From NCBI GenBank assembly GCA_965206655.1, contig CBDBKC010000032.1, positions 192,563 to 256,562 on the forward strand: 64,000 nt of DNA, written 5' to 3'. The notes under the pieces are model-generated. The model saw only the letters and a list, made by a program, of their open reading frames with translations, did no database searches and was not told where the DNA came from. The translations under genes were made by a program, and so were the position numbers. The DNA is from Bryobacterales bacterium (GTDB lineage Bacteria; Acidobacteriota; Terriglobia; Bryobacterales; UBA6623). Of the stretch, positions 40,564 to 49,121 are shown piece after piece; position 1 is the first letter of the stretch, and each line of letters begins with the position of its first letter.

Positions 40564-40821
40564 TTAGCGGTTTTGTTCCCTGCCCTGCTCCCGCTCATAG
40601 GCTTCTACTGCACGGTTGAGGAGCTGGATGTTCTTGAGTTGCGCGTCGAGCGCGAGCCGCTTGAAGCGCAGCCGAAATTCGGCGGGCACCTTGAAGTTCA
40701 GATCGACGAGCGCCTTGGTGGCAGTCTGCCCACGCTGGAGCGACCCCGAAACGGCAGCAGGAGCTTTATCCTTGGTAGCAAGAATGGTGCTGGCGTCGAT
40801 GGCTAGTGTCTTTTTAGGCAT
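40564..40821 (-). CDS. Small ParA partner (ParG/ribbon-helix-helix-like)
   Basis: 85 aa, overlaps the parA stop; VDLNFKVPAEFRLRFKRLA beta-alpha-alpha pattern. Confidence 0.75.
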   Translation of the reverse strand: MPKKTLAIDASTILATKDKAPAAVSGSLQRGQTATKALVDLNFKVPAEFRLRFKRLALDAQLKNIQLLNRAVEAYEREQGREQNR

Positions 40822-41488
40822 GGACTTTCACTTTCCTATCGTTATTCGCTATTTCGCTAATATTCGCTAATTCGCCCAGGCGGCCCCTGGTAAGTCCCCA
40901 AAGCGCGGCGGCTTCCGTAGCGGCGGGACCGCTGGGGCTGATCTCAAGGGCTGTGCGGCCGTCCGTCATCGAAGCCGCGTAATCGACGCGGTCATGAATG
41001 ACGGACCGGAAAATCTGACCGTGTTCGGAAAGCGCGGCGATGGTCTGCACGGTGATCCTGGCATTGCCCTTGGCCTGGGTCAGGACAAAAACGAAAGGTA
41101 TACCGGCTTGCTTGACGAGGTCAAGCGTCGCGCCCAGCGACCAGAGGTCATTGGGACTCGGGCGAGCCGGTATTAGAACTAGGTCGGCGAGCTTCAGGAT
41201 CTTCCGGTTTTGTTCGGTCAGGGCCGGAGGCGTGTCGATGAAGCAGTAGGCGAAGCCCATTTGCGCGAGGGCTTCGAGCTTGTCGGGCAGCTCGCGCAAG
41301 CTGACGGGCGCGAGCTTGGGGGCTTCCGCCTCCCGCGCCTTCCACCATGTGGCGAGGGTTTGCTGGGGGTCGGTGTCGATCACAACGGCGGGGCCGTGGC
41401 CAGCCTGCTCTACAGCGACGGCGAGGTGCGCGACGACTGTCGTCTTGCCGCTACCCCCCTTCTGGGAAGCGATCACGATTGTTTTCAT
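40814..41488 (-). CDS. parA: Plasmid-type ParA partition ATPase
   Basis: Deviant Walker A SQKGGSGKTT, IDTDPQ, IDTPP, LIPARPSPND; short type Ib length (224 aa). Confidence 0.92.
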   Translation of the reverse strand: MKTIVIASQKGGSGKTTVVAHLAVAVEQAGHGPAVVIDTDPQQTLATWWKAREAEAPKLAPVSLRELPDKLEALAQMGFAYCFIDTPPALTEQNRKILKLADLVLIPARPSPNDLWSLGATLDLVKQAGIPFVFVLTQAKGNARITVQTIAALSEHGQIFRSVIHDRVDYAASMTDGRTALEISPSGPAATEAAALWGLTRGRLGELANISEIANNDRKVKVHA

Positions 41489-41640
41489 TGGCCTCCCTCT
41501 GGGCTAAGATACGCGAACATTCGCTAATTCGCCTTTTCGCTAAGAATAGCGGAAAAGCGAACGGAAGGGAAGTGGGCTCATGAGGAAGTGGGTTACGTGC
41601 AGCAGCGACTGCAAAATCGTCCGATACGTTCAACAAGGTT

Positions 41641-41716
41641 CTTGGTGAGTTGTTTTTGTAAGCGTCGGAGACGTTTGTCGTCACGCGCCTCGATCAACTC
41701 GTGGGCCAGCGCCGCG
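41641..41716 (-). pseudogene. Short remnant of a second, different istB
   Basis: AAALAHELIEARDDKRLRRLQKQLTK aligns with AAALVNELLEARDERRLLRFQKQLAK of the intact IstB. Confidence 0.65.
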
Positions 41717-42318
41717 GACGGCGGTGGCGTAGGCCTTGCGGGTGTGAGGGTTCCTGATGTTGGCGGTGAAGGGGTCACCTCACGAAACGAAAATAATCGT
41801 ACGCTAAGCGACTCTCGCCGCCTTGGGAAGCGTCGGGTTGGAGTAAACCCTAGCCTGTCGTCAGGGAAGGCAGCGCAGTGGCGTCAGAATAGAGTCCTCC
41901 TTGGAATTGATTGACACATTCCGTCAAGGGTTATAGATTTCTTCCTGACAGATTGGATGCAGGAGGACACCTTGCACGGTCCATCTGCTACGTCCGGGTG
42001 AGCAGCTTCGAGAACCGACGCTACCGCGCCAGCGGCTTCAACCTGCTGGGCTGGGAGCATATCAACCTGACTGGCGATTACATCTGGCCCAAGAACAAGC
42101 GAGTCGATCAGGGCAGCTTCTGGCCCCTACCACCTCTCAACGGGCCTTAGCGTACGATTCTTTCCGTTTCGTGAGGTGACCCCGTGAAGAACTCGAGGAC
42201 GCGCTGGGCGGTGGCCGAGTCGGGAGAGAACAGGGCGGGGGAGCTGGATACCGCCGCCCGGGGGAGTTTCCGGCGTGGGGGTTGAGGTCTTGGGAATCAG
42301 TGTCGGGTAGTTGGGCAT
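41717..42318 (-). pseudogene. N-terminal remnant of a plasmid-type tyrosine recombinase, split by the mini-Tn3
   Basis: Removing the element and one TSD (and one C in a C-run near 42237-42241) gives MPNYPTLIPK..IQLPALFSPDSATAQRVLEFFTANIRNPHTRKAYATAV. Confidence 0.75.
41771..42183 (+). mobile_element. 413-bp Tn3-family (Tn21/Tn501-like) miniature element with res site
   Basis: 38-bp IRs GGGGTCACCTCACGAAACG..AATCGTACGCTAAG at 41771-41808 and 42146-42183; 5-bp TSD GTGAA; res I-III-like sites 41831-41950; tnpR 5' scrap (YVRVSSFE) fused to tnpA 3' scrap (LGWEHINLTGDYIW). Confidence 0.93.
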
Positions 42319-42334
42319 GAGGACCTGCTGATAC

Positions 42335-42362
42335 ATGAATGATAATATCCTTTATCATGCGC
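42335..42362. promoter_or_regulatory. Candidate tyrosine-recombinase crossover site
   Basis: ATGATAA-TATCCT-TTATCAT (7-bp arms, 6-bp spacer) about 20 bp upstream of the recombinase ATG. Confidence 0.45.
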
Positions 42363-42674
42363 GATCAACTCCCCCTCCCGCCGCTCCCCGGCAGGCCATA
42401 ATGCCGGATCGCTCCCTAACGTGTAGTAGAGCAGGAGCTCCCCCCGTGCCCGCCCAACCCGCCTGGTTTCATCGACTTGACGAAATCCTCGCACGGCTGC
42501 GGCCCCGTTTTACATTTAGCCAACGCTTTGGCAAGACCTTAAAGCCCTTTTGGTTCGAGGTCCGCTTGGCCGCCAGCGATTTCTCAGGCCCAACCGACGA
42601 TGGGCTGTCATTACATGATAACCTAAATTAGGTATTTGAAATAGCATAGCATCCCTGTTAGACTCTGACTTGTA

Positions 42675-44369
42675 ATGATCGATCGTGATCTCACGCCGAA
42701 CCTGTTGAGGGCGGCGTCCCAATCACCGGCCCTTACGCTCACCGGGCCTCGGCAAAGCGGCAAGACCACGTTATGCCGAGCCGTGTTTCCGCGGCATCCA
42801 TACGTGGCGCTTGAGGCTCCAGATGTACGCGCGTTCGCGACGGAAGATCCGCGGGCATTCCTGGCTCAATTCCCCAAAGGTGCCGTCATCGACGAGGTGC
42901 AACGCGTTCCCGACCTGCTCTCGTATCTGCAAGGCATCATCGACGACGACCCGTCGCCCGGGCGCTGGGTTCTGACCGGCTCGCAAAACTTGTCCTTGTT
43001 GGAGTCGGTCAGCCAATCGTTAGCCGGACGGACAGCGATGCATCACTTGCTTCCGCTGACCCATGGCGAGGTCACTCGCTTCGCCCGACATCCCAAGAAC
43101 CTCGAAGAGACTCTTTTCGCCGGCGGGTACCCCCGCATCTTCGATCGCAACCTCGATCCGGTGGATTGGCTCCGCTCATATGTTGCCACCTATCTCGAGC
43201 GGGATGTGCGAACGATCAGCAATGTCGGCGACCTCACGATATTCCAACGGTTCGTCGAGTTTTGCGCCGGCCGTACCGCGCAGTTGCTTAACTACTCGTC
43301 ACTGGCCAACGACTGCGCCATTTCACAGCCGAGCGCAAAGGCCTGGATGAGCATTCTGGAGGCCAGCTTTATCGTCTTCCGCCTGCCGGCGTTTCACGCA
43401 AACCTGCGCAAGCGGCTCGTGAAGATGCCGAAACTGTTCTTTTACGACACCGGCCTGGTCTGTTGGCTTCTGGGTATCCGTACGCCGGAGCAGCTTCGAT
43501 CGCATCCACTTCGCGGCTCGATCTTTGAAACCTGGGTCGTCTCGGAGATCGTGAAACACCGAACCAACCGGGGCGAGACGGGCGGTCTGTCATTCTATCG
43601 TGATAGCAACGGTGCCGAAATCGACCTCGTCATCGAGCAACCGGCGCGCATCACGCTGGTCGAAGCGAAGTCCGCCGCGACCGCATCGTCGAGCTTTTTC
43701 GATGGCGCAAAGCGTGTTCGGCGGCATTTTAGTGAGCTGCCCCGTCCCTGTGACGTTGCAGTCGCCTACGGCGGCGATCAATTTCAACAGCGTGCGGACG
43801 GGCGGCTGATACCCTGGCGCATGCTGCGAGCGGCCAGTTTGCCGGACTCCGACCACATCATATCCGTCTTCGCCGCCGGTCGGCCAATTGCCGGCACCAG
43901 CGTCCTTGCACTATTTCCGAACAAGACCTGGAAGCTTGTGACCACGGACGAACACGGTGAGGCTGCCATCGATTTGCACTCAACCCATCTTCCCATGACG
44001 GTGTTCACCGCCGCCGCCGGATACACCGCACACCTAGAACGGGAGTGGACGCCAAGCCAGCGAGCGCTTGTGGTAGAACCCAAACTTCTACCGGAAGGGG
44101 GCTCGGTTATTTTCCCCGAGGGAACCGGTCATGTGCCAGGGTTGACCGGGAGACTGAATCCCATTCGCGATACCCTGGACCGGACCTACCTCTACGCTTC
44201 CAACATTGCCATTAACGAGGGTAGGCAACAGCCGGTTCATTTCGTCCCCGGCGAGGATGTGCGTCTCACGGATGCGGACGGACGGAAAATGCGAGTGCGC
44301 ATCGTCGAGGTTTTGGGTCGGTCGGCGCTTGTGGAGTATCGCCGTCATCCCGAAGCAGCCGGTGAGTGA
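42675..44369 (+). CDS. AAA_14/DUF4143 ATPase with an extra C-terminal domain of about 175 aa
   Basis: GPRQSGKTT, VIDEVQRVP, LTGSQN, GGYP, KRLVKMPKLFFYDTGL, GSIFETWV, EIDLVIE..VEAKS, then an unrelated beta-rich extension. Confidence 0.9.
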   Translation: MIDRDLTPNLLRAASQSPALTLTGPRQSGKTTLCRAVFPRHPYVALEAPDVRAFATEDPRAFLAQFPKGAVIDEVQRVPDLLSYLQGIIDDDPSPGRWVLTGSQNLSLLESVSQSLAGRTAMHHLLPLTHGEVTRFARHPKNLEETLFAGGYPRIFDRNLDPVDWLRSYVATYLERDVRTISNVGDLTIFQRFVEFCAGRTAQLLNYSSLANDCAISQPSAKAWMSILEASFIVFRLPAFHANLRKRLVKMPKLFFYDTGLVCWLLGIRTPEQLRSHPLRGSIFETWVVSEIVKHRTNRGETGGLSFYRDSNGAEIDLVIEQPARITLVEAKSAATASSSFFDGAKRVRRHFSELPRPCDVAVAYGGDQFQQRADGRLIPWRMLRAASLPDSDHIISVFAAGRPIAGTSVLALFPNKTWKLVTTDEHGEAAIDLHSTHLPMTVFTAAAGYTAHLEREWTPSQRALVVEPKLLPEGGSVIFPEGTGHVPGLTGRLNPIRDTLDRTYLYASNIAINEGRQQPVHFVPGEDVRLTDADGRKMRVRIVEVLGRSALVEYRRHPEAAGE

Positions 44370-44449
44370 CCGTAGCGGATTGGATAAGTACCGAAAGTTT
44401 GACATTCGAGGACTGGTCGGCATGAGTCTTGTTCAGGGGGTGTATCAAC

Positions 44450-44857
44450 TTGTCTAACCCATTCTTCGACCACCCCATCCTGAACTCGCCCTACGAGTAC
44501 CCACAGCGGCACTGGGAGCTGGACTCCCAGGGGCAGCCGACTCAGCAGGTCTTGGACCGACGGCGGCGGGCCGAGTTCATCACGCCGATTCCAAAGCCGA
44601 AGAAGCGGAAGAAGAAACAGGCTTGGCAGCAGGCCGAGATGGTGTTCGACGAGGGGAAGAGCCTCTCCACCAAGGAACAGCAATACGATCCGACCTCCAT
44701 CATCAATGAAGTGCGCCAGAACGTGAATATGTGGCGGGCCTGGCCCAACCCCGCCCAGTGGCAGGTCAGCCCTGAAACAGTGCGCCTGCTCCAGCACTGG
44801 CGACACTACCCATTCGGCAGCAACCGCCCGTTTTTTTGTCAGGTGGAAGCCAGGTAA
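44450..44857 (+). pseudogene. N-terminal fragment of a type III-like restriction (Res; BPTD_3080-like) helicase-nuclease
   Basis: SNPFFDHPILNSPYEYPQRHWELD..FITPIPKPKK..LLQHWR..RPFFCQVEA then stop, before any helicase motif. Confidence 0.75.
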
Positions 44858-44959
44858 TGGAGCGCCCATGCCAAATGCTCCGAACCTGTACTTTCACCTC
44901 GGCATAGAAGCAGTTCCATCATGCCACGCTACAATCGAGTTCTCCTTTAGTTGAATCGA

Positions 44960-46096
44960 ATGCGCATCATCCATACTGCGGATTGGCAGATCGGCAAGTC
45001 GTTTCGGCGATTTGGTGAACAAGAAGAGCTTTTTCGAACGGCACGCCTCGCGGCGATCAAATCAATTGGCAAGCTGGCCGAGTCCGAGGGCGTCGAGCAT
45101 GTGCTTGTCGCCGGCGACATCTACGACAACGACACCCCTTCACCAAAAACTCTCCGCGAGCCGTTTGAGCGCATGCGCGGCTTCCCGAAGGTGCGTTGGC
45201 ATCTACTGCCGGGCAATCATGATCCGCACCGCCCCAAAGGTGTCTGGGACCGGGTTCGCGATGTGCCGCCACCGCTGAACGTGCATCTTCACCTGACGCC
45301 GCAACCGTTTGATCTCGAGTCAAACGCGGTCCTTCTTCCCGCGCCGCTGACGCGCAAGAGTGAAGGACGCGACCTAACCGAATGGATGGACGAGGCCACG
45401 ACGCCGCACGCCTCGATCCGGATTGGGCTCGCCCACGGTTCCGTAACCGGGTTTGGGACCGACGGCGAGGCGCTGAACCCCATTGCCCCGACCCGTCCCC
45501 AAAGAGCGCGACTCAGCTATTTGGCCCTTGGAGACTGGCACCGGACCGTCGAGGTCGGACCGTTGATCTGGTATGCCGGCACGCCAGAGCCCGACCGCGC
45601 CGGCAGCCAAGAGACAGGACAGGTCCTGCTGATTGAGTTGAAAGGATCCGGAGCGCCTCCGTGCGTCACGCCGCACACGGTGGGCTCCTACCGTTGGCTC
45701 ACCCGCGAAGAGCACCTAGAGCACACGACCCATCTCGAAGATTTCGAAACGCGCTTGCGCGCCTTGCCGGATCTCTCCGCCACGGTGTTGCGCCTGATTC
45801 TGAAAGGAGCGCTTCCACTGAGCGCACTCGCCGATTTGCGCCAAAGATGCGAGGGGTTGGAGGCAGCGCTCTTACATCTGGAGGTGGATGACAACGAGTT
45901 GGCGTCCCGTCCCACCGAAGCCGACCTAGAGATGATCGACTTCAGCGGCGTGCTGCGGCAAGCCGCCGAGCGGCTCCGAGCACTAGCTGCGGACGCCTCG
46001 AAGGGTGCTGCCGAGCGCCACCGTGCGGAAGACGCGTTGGTCGAATTGTATCTCCGGGTTACCGCGGACGGAAGACCGCACGGAGCGGCGGCATGA
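44960..46096 (+). CDS. SbcD/Mre11-like (YhaO-type) metallophosphoesterase nuclease
   Basis: HTADWQIG, VAGDIYD, LPGNHD, GLAHGS, YLALGDWH, YAGTPEPD. Confidence 0.92.
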   Translation: MRIIHTADWQIGKSFRRFGEQEELFRTARLAAIKSIGKLAESEGVEHVLVAGDIYDNDTPSPKTLREPFERMRGFPKVRWHLLPGNHDPHRPKGVWDRVRDVPPPLNVHLHLTPQPFDLESNAVLLPAPLTRKSEGRDLTEWMDEATTPHASIRIGLAHGSVTGFGTDGEALNPIAPTRPQRARLSYLALGDWHRTVEVGPLIWYAGTPEPDRAGSQETGQVLLIELKGSGAPPCVTPHTVGSYRWLTREEHLEHTTHLEDFETRLRALPDLSATVLRLILKGALPLSALADLRQRCEGLEAALLHLEVDDNELASRPTEADLEMIDFSGVLRQAAERLRALAADASKGAAERHRAEDALVELYLRVTADGRPHGAAA

Positions 46097-48780
46097 AAAT
46101 CCGGGGGATAGAGATCGAGGGGGTCGGGATGTTCGCCGCCCCGACACGAATTGAAGGATTGGGGCCGGGGGTCAACATCCTCTCGGCCGAAAACGAGGCC
46201 GGCAAGTCGACGATATTCAAGGCTATCCGGGCCTGTCTGTTCGAGCGACACAGCACGAAAACCCGGGACATCCTTGCGCTCGCAACCGCGGGCCGGTCCT
46301 TGCCTGTTACCGTCTCCCTGGACTTCGAGCATGACGATGCGCGGTACGAACTGACGAAGTCCTTTCTCAAGAGTCCCAAGGCGGAACTGCGACGAGAGGG
46401 CGAAACCATCGCTCGTGACCGAGAGGCCGACGATCAGACATGGCGCTTGCTCGGTATCGCTCCTGGGAGCGGGCGCTCTGTCGATGAAGCGGCGTTCGGA
46501 CTGCTTTGGGTAGCACAAGGCAAGTCATTAGCGGTGCCGCAACCCACGGAGGCGGCGACCACGGCTCTCAACGAGGCGATCCAGCGGGAGGTTGGCGAGT
46601 TGGTCGGTGGGGAACGGGCCCGCACCGTTCTTCAGTCTTTGCAATCTGATCTGGACAACCTCGTCACAAAAGGAGGTCGTCCGAAGACGGGCGGCCCGTA
46701 TCACGACGCCCAAAGCTGGCTTGACGAGTTAGACGACGAACTCCACGATGCAGAACGTCGATTGACGAATCTTGATGGCCAGATCGCAGAGCTTGCGTCC
46801 AAGCGTAGCGATCACAAGAGACTCGTCGATCCCCGCGAAGCCGAGCGGATCAACGGCGAGTTGGAATCGGGTCTACAGGCCCTGCAGCACGACGAGAACG
46901 CTCTGAAACTCCTGCAAGAGGCCGCAACGGATGAGAAGCTTGCTGCCGCCAAGCGCAAGGAAGTTGAGACCAACCTTAACAATTTACAAGAACGCGCCGA
47001 GCGGATCGACAGCGACCGCAAAGAGATGCATGAGATCGAGGAGGAATTGCGTCCTCTGGCGGAGCAGGAGAGAGAAGCACGCGAAAAGATCAAAAACGCC
47101 GAACAAGCCGTTGCCGAGATTGACGCGGAGGAAGTAAAGCGTCAGCAACGCCTGAGAGAATTGAAACACATCGCCTCGGCCGTCCAGAACGCTGAACAAA
47201 AACCCCAGTTGCAGAAGCGCGCCGGAGAACTCCGCAATCTCCAGGAGGAGCTTATGCGGAACCGGCTGGATCTCAGCGAAAACCGGGCCACGGCGGAAGT
47301 TGTCGAGAAAATGGATTGGCTCGAGCGCGACCTCAATCGCTTGACAGACAGAATGGAAGCGGCAGCGCCTCAGGTCGAGATCGCGCTGGGATCCTCTGCG
47401 ACTGGACAGGTGTGGATCGGGCAGGAGAAACTGGCCGAAAACACGTCGTTGCGCGCGATGAAACCACTCGAAATCCGGGTCGGAGAGTTGGCGACCATCA
47501 CAGTGTCACCTCCGCCGGGCACCGACGAAAACGACCAGAAAAATCAAAAGCGTTTGCAGGGCGCGCTGGAACGGTTGCTCGCCGATCTCGGGGCCGTGAC
47601 CTCCGCGGATGTCCGCCTCACACGCGTTCACCGCCAAGACTTTGAGCGTGACCGACAGGGTATTGAAGCCCGAATGGAGGCCCTTGGTGTCGTTGAGGGG
47701 GAGCTTGCCGCAGAGGCGGAAGCGATCCGTGAGAAATTGCAGCAGGTCGACCGCTCCGTCCACAAAATTCTCGATGACTACTCTCTTGGCGCCCTGCCAG
47801 CACTAGAGGAGATCAATTCCGAGCAACAGTCCGTAAGCGAGAGTCAGGGCGAGGCTTCGCGGAAGCGGAAGGCCCTCGAAGGGACGGTCGCGGCCCACAA
47901 TGAAAAACTGAGCGAGACCGTCAAAAAGCTCGGCGCCGCTCGAGGGAAGCAGTGGACGATTCAACGACGCCTCGGAGGCGAGCTCGCCGCGCTCCCGGAT
48001 GCGGACCGCGAACGGCTGACCTCCAGGGTGCAGGGAGCCTTTGAGAAAGCGAGTCAAGAGTATGGGGGAAAGGCCGCAGCGCTGGAAGAACGCCAACGCC
48101 AAGCCCCCAAGGACGAAGAAGTGGAGAGGCGTCGCCTCCAAATCGGACGGCTTAAGCAAGCTCTGACGAACCGGCATAAGCAGGTTGAAGAGCTCGAAAA
48201 GGCCATCGCCAAGCTCGAAGGCGGCATTGAGAACGCGGGCGGGGACGGGCTCGGCGAGAAAGAACAAACGCTTCGCGAGCAGCACGGCCTGGTAAGTCGC
48301 GAGGTCAAGCGCCACAAGCAGCGCATTGCGACGCTGGAGCTTCTGGCAGCGACGATTGAGGATTGCTATAAGGGGCAGCGGGAGCGGCTGCATACTCCCT
48401 TGTTACGGCATCTTCGGCCTTTTCTGCACGACGTATTCCCTTTAGCGGAGTTGAAGCTTGGGGACGGTTTCGCGGTGGAAGGCCTCAAGCGAGACGGTCC
48501 GGACCCTGAAAACTTCGAACAACTCTCGGACGGGACGAAAGAGCAGGTCGCCGTGCTCGTCCGGCTCGCCATGGGCGCGATGCTTTGTGACCGCGGCCAG
48601 GAAGCACCAATCATTCTCGATGACGCCCTGGTCTTTTCCGACGACACGCGCATCGAGCAGATGTTCAATGCGCTGACCCGAGCCGGGGGAAACCAGCAGG
48701 TGATCATCTTCACCTGCCGAAGCCGCACATTCGAAACCCTCGGCGGCCGGCGGCTCTCGATCAGGCAGGACGGCGGGTAA
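46093..48780 (+). CDS. SbcC/Rad50-like (YhaN-type) coiled-coil ATPase
   Basis: Walker A AENEAGKST, long coiled coil, signature LSDGTKEQ, Walker B/D-loop ILDDALVFSD, H-loop FTCR; 4-bp overlap with the nuclease gene. Confidence 0.92.
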   Translation: MKIRGIEIEGVGMFAAPTRIEGLGPGVNILSAENEAGKSTIFKAIRACLFERHSTKTRDILALATAGRSLPVTVSLDFEHDDARYELTKSFLKSPKAELRREGETIARDREADDQTWRLLGIAPGSGRSVDEAAFGLLWVAQGKSLAVPQPTEAATTALNEAIQREVGELVGGERARTVLQSLQSDLDNLVTKGGRPKTGGPYHDAQSWLDELDDELHDAERRLTNLDGQIAELASKRSDHKRLVDPREAERINGELESGLQALQHDENALKLLQEAATDEKLAAAKRKEVETNLNNLQERAERIDSDRKEMHEIEEELRPLAEQEREAREKIKNAEQAVAEIDAEEVKRQQRLRELKHIASAVQNAEQKPQLQKRAGELRNLQEELMRNRLDLSENRATAEVVEKMDWLERDLNRLTDRMEAAAPQVEIALGSSATGQVWIGQEKLAENTSLRAMKPLEIRVGELATITVSPPPGTDENDQKNQKRLQGALERLLADLGAVTSADVRLTRVHRQDFERDRQGIEARMEALGVVEGELAAEAEAIREKLQQVDRSVHKILDDYSLGALPALEEINSEQQSVSESQGEASRKRKALEGTVAAHNEKLSETVKKLGAARGKQWTIQRRLGGELAALPDADRERLTSRVQGAFEKASQEYGGKAAALEERQRQAPKDEEVERRRLQIGRLKQALTNRHKQVEELEKAIAKLEGGIENAGGDGLGEKEQTLREQHGLVSREVKRHKQRIATLELLAATIEDCYKGQRERLHTPLLRHLRPFLHDVFPLAELKLGDGFAVEGLKRDGPDPENFEQLSDGTKEQVAVLVRLAMGAMLCDRGQEAPIILDDALVFSDDTRIEQMFNALTRAGGNQQVIIFTCRSRTFETLGGRRLSIRQDGG

Positions 48781-49010
48781 GGTCGCCGCAGCGCTGAAGC
48801 TCTCCCAGCGCGTCCTCTCGCGCACGAAGTGTCGTGAGATCAAGCACGGGCCGTGTCGCAATGATGGCCCGCTCGATCCAAGCCACTTCCTCGGCGAGCC
48901 CCAAGGCCGCGGCATGCGCCGCGGCAAGGAGATGCTCCGTCTACGCGAGCAGCCTGTCGCGGATCTCGGTTTGGCCGATTAGTTCGATACGACAGGCGAG
49001 GAGCCAGCCG
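48770..49010 (-). pseudogene. Degenerate C-terminal fragment of a second YhaO-type exonuclease
   Basis: Hand translation WLLACRIELIGQTEIRDRLLA*TEHLLAAAHAAALGLAEEVAWIERAIIATRPVLDLTTLRAREDALGELQR, with an internal stop. The family is recognised from memory. Confidence 0.45.
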
Positions 49011-49121
49011 AGGCGCGCAGGTGGGGATACGCTGCGCCGAATCCGGCAATCGCGACACACGGAGGCCCGAGGCCCTTCGCCGACTTGAGAGTGATGGCCT
49101 TGATCTAAACCGAACCGCTAC

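Larger units (their letters stand above)
40540..41561. repeat. Three clusters of TTCGCTAA-type repeats (candidate parS/operator)
   Basis: 40540-40569 perfect 14-bp-arm palindrome CGCTAATTCGCTAA-CA-TTAGCGAATTAGCG; 40844-40876 tandem copies; 41513-41561 upstream of parA. Confidence 0.75.
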
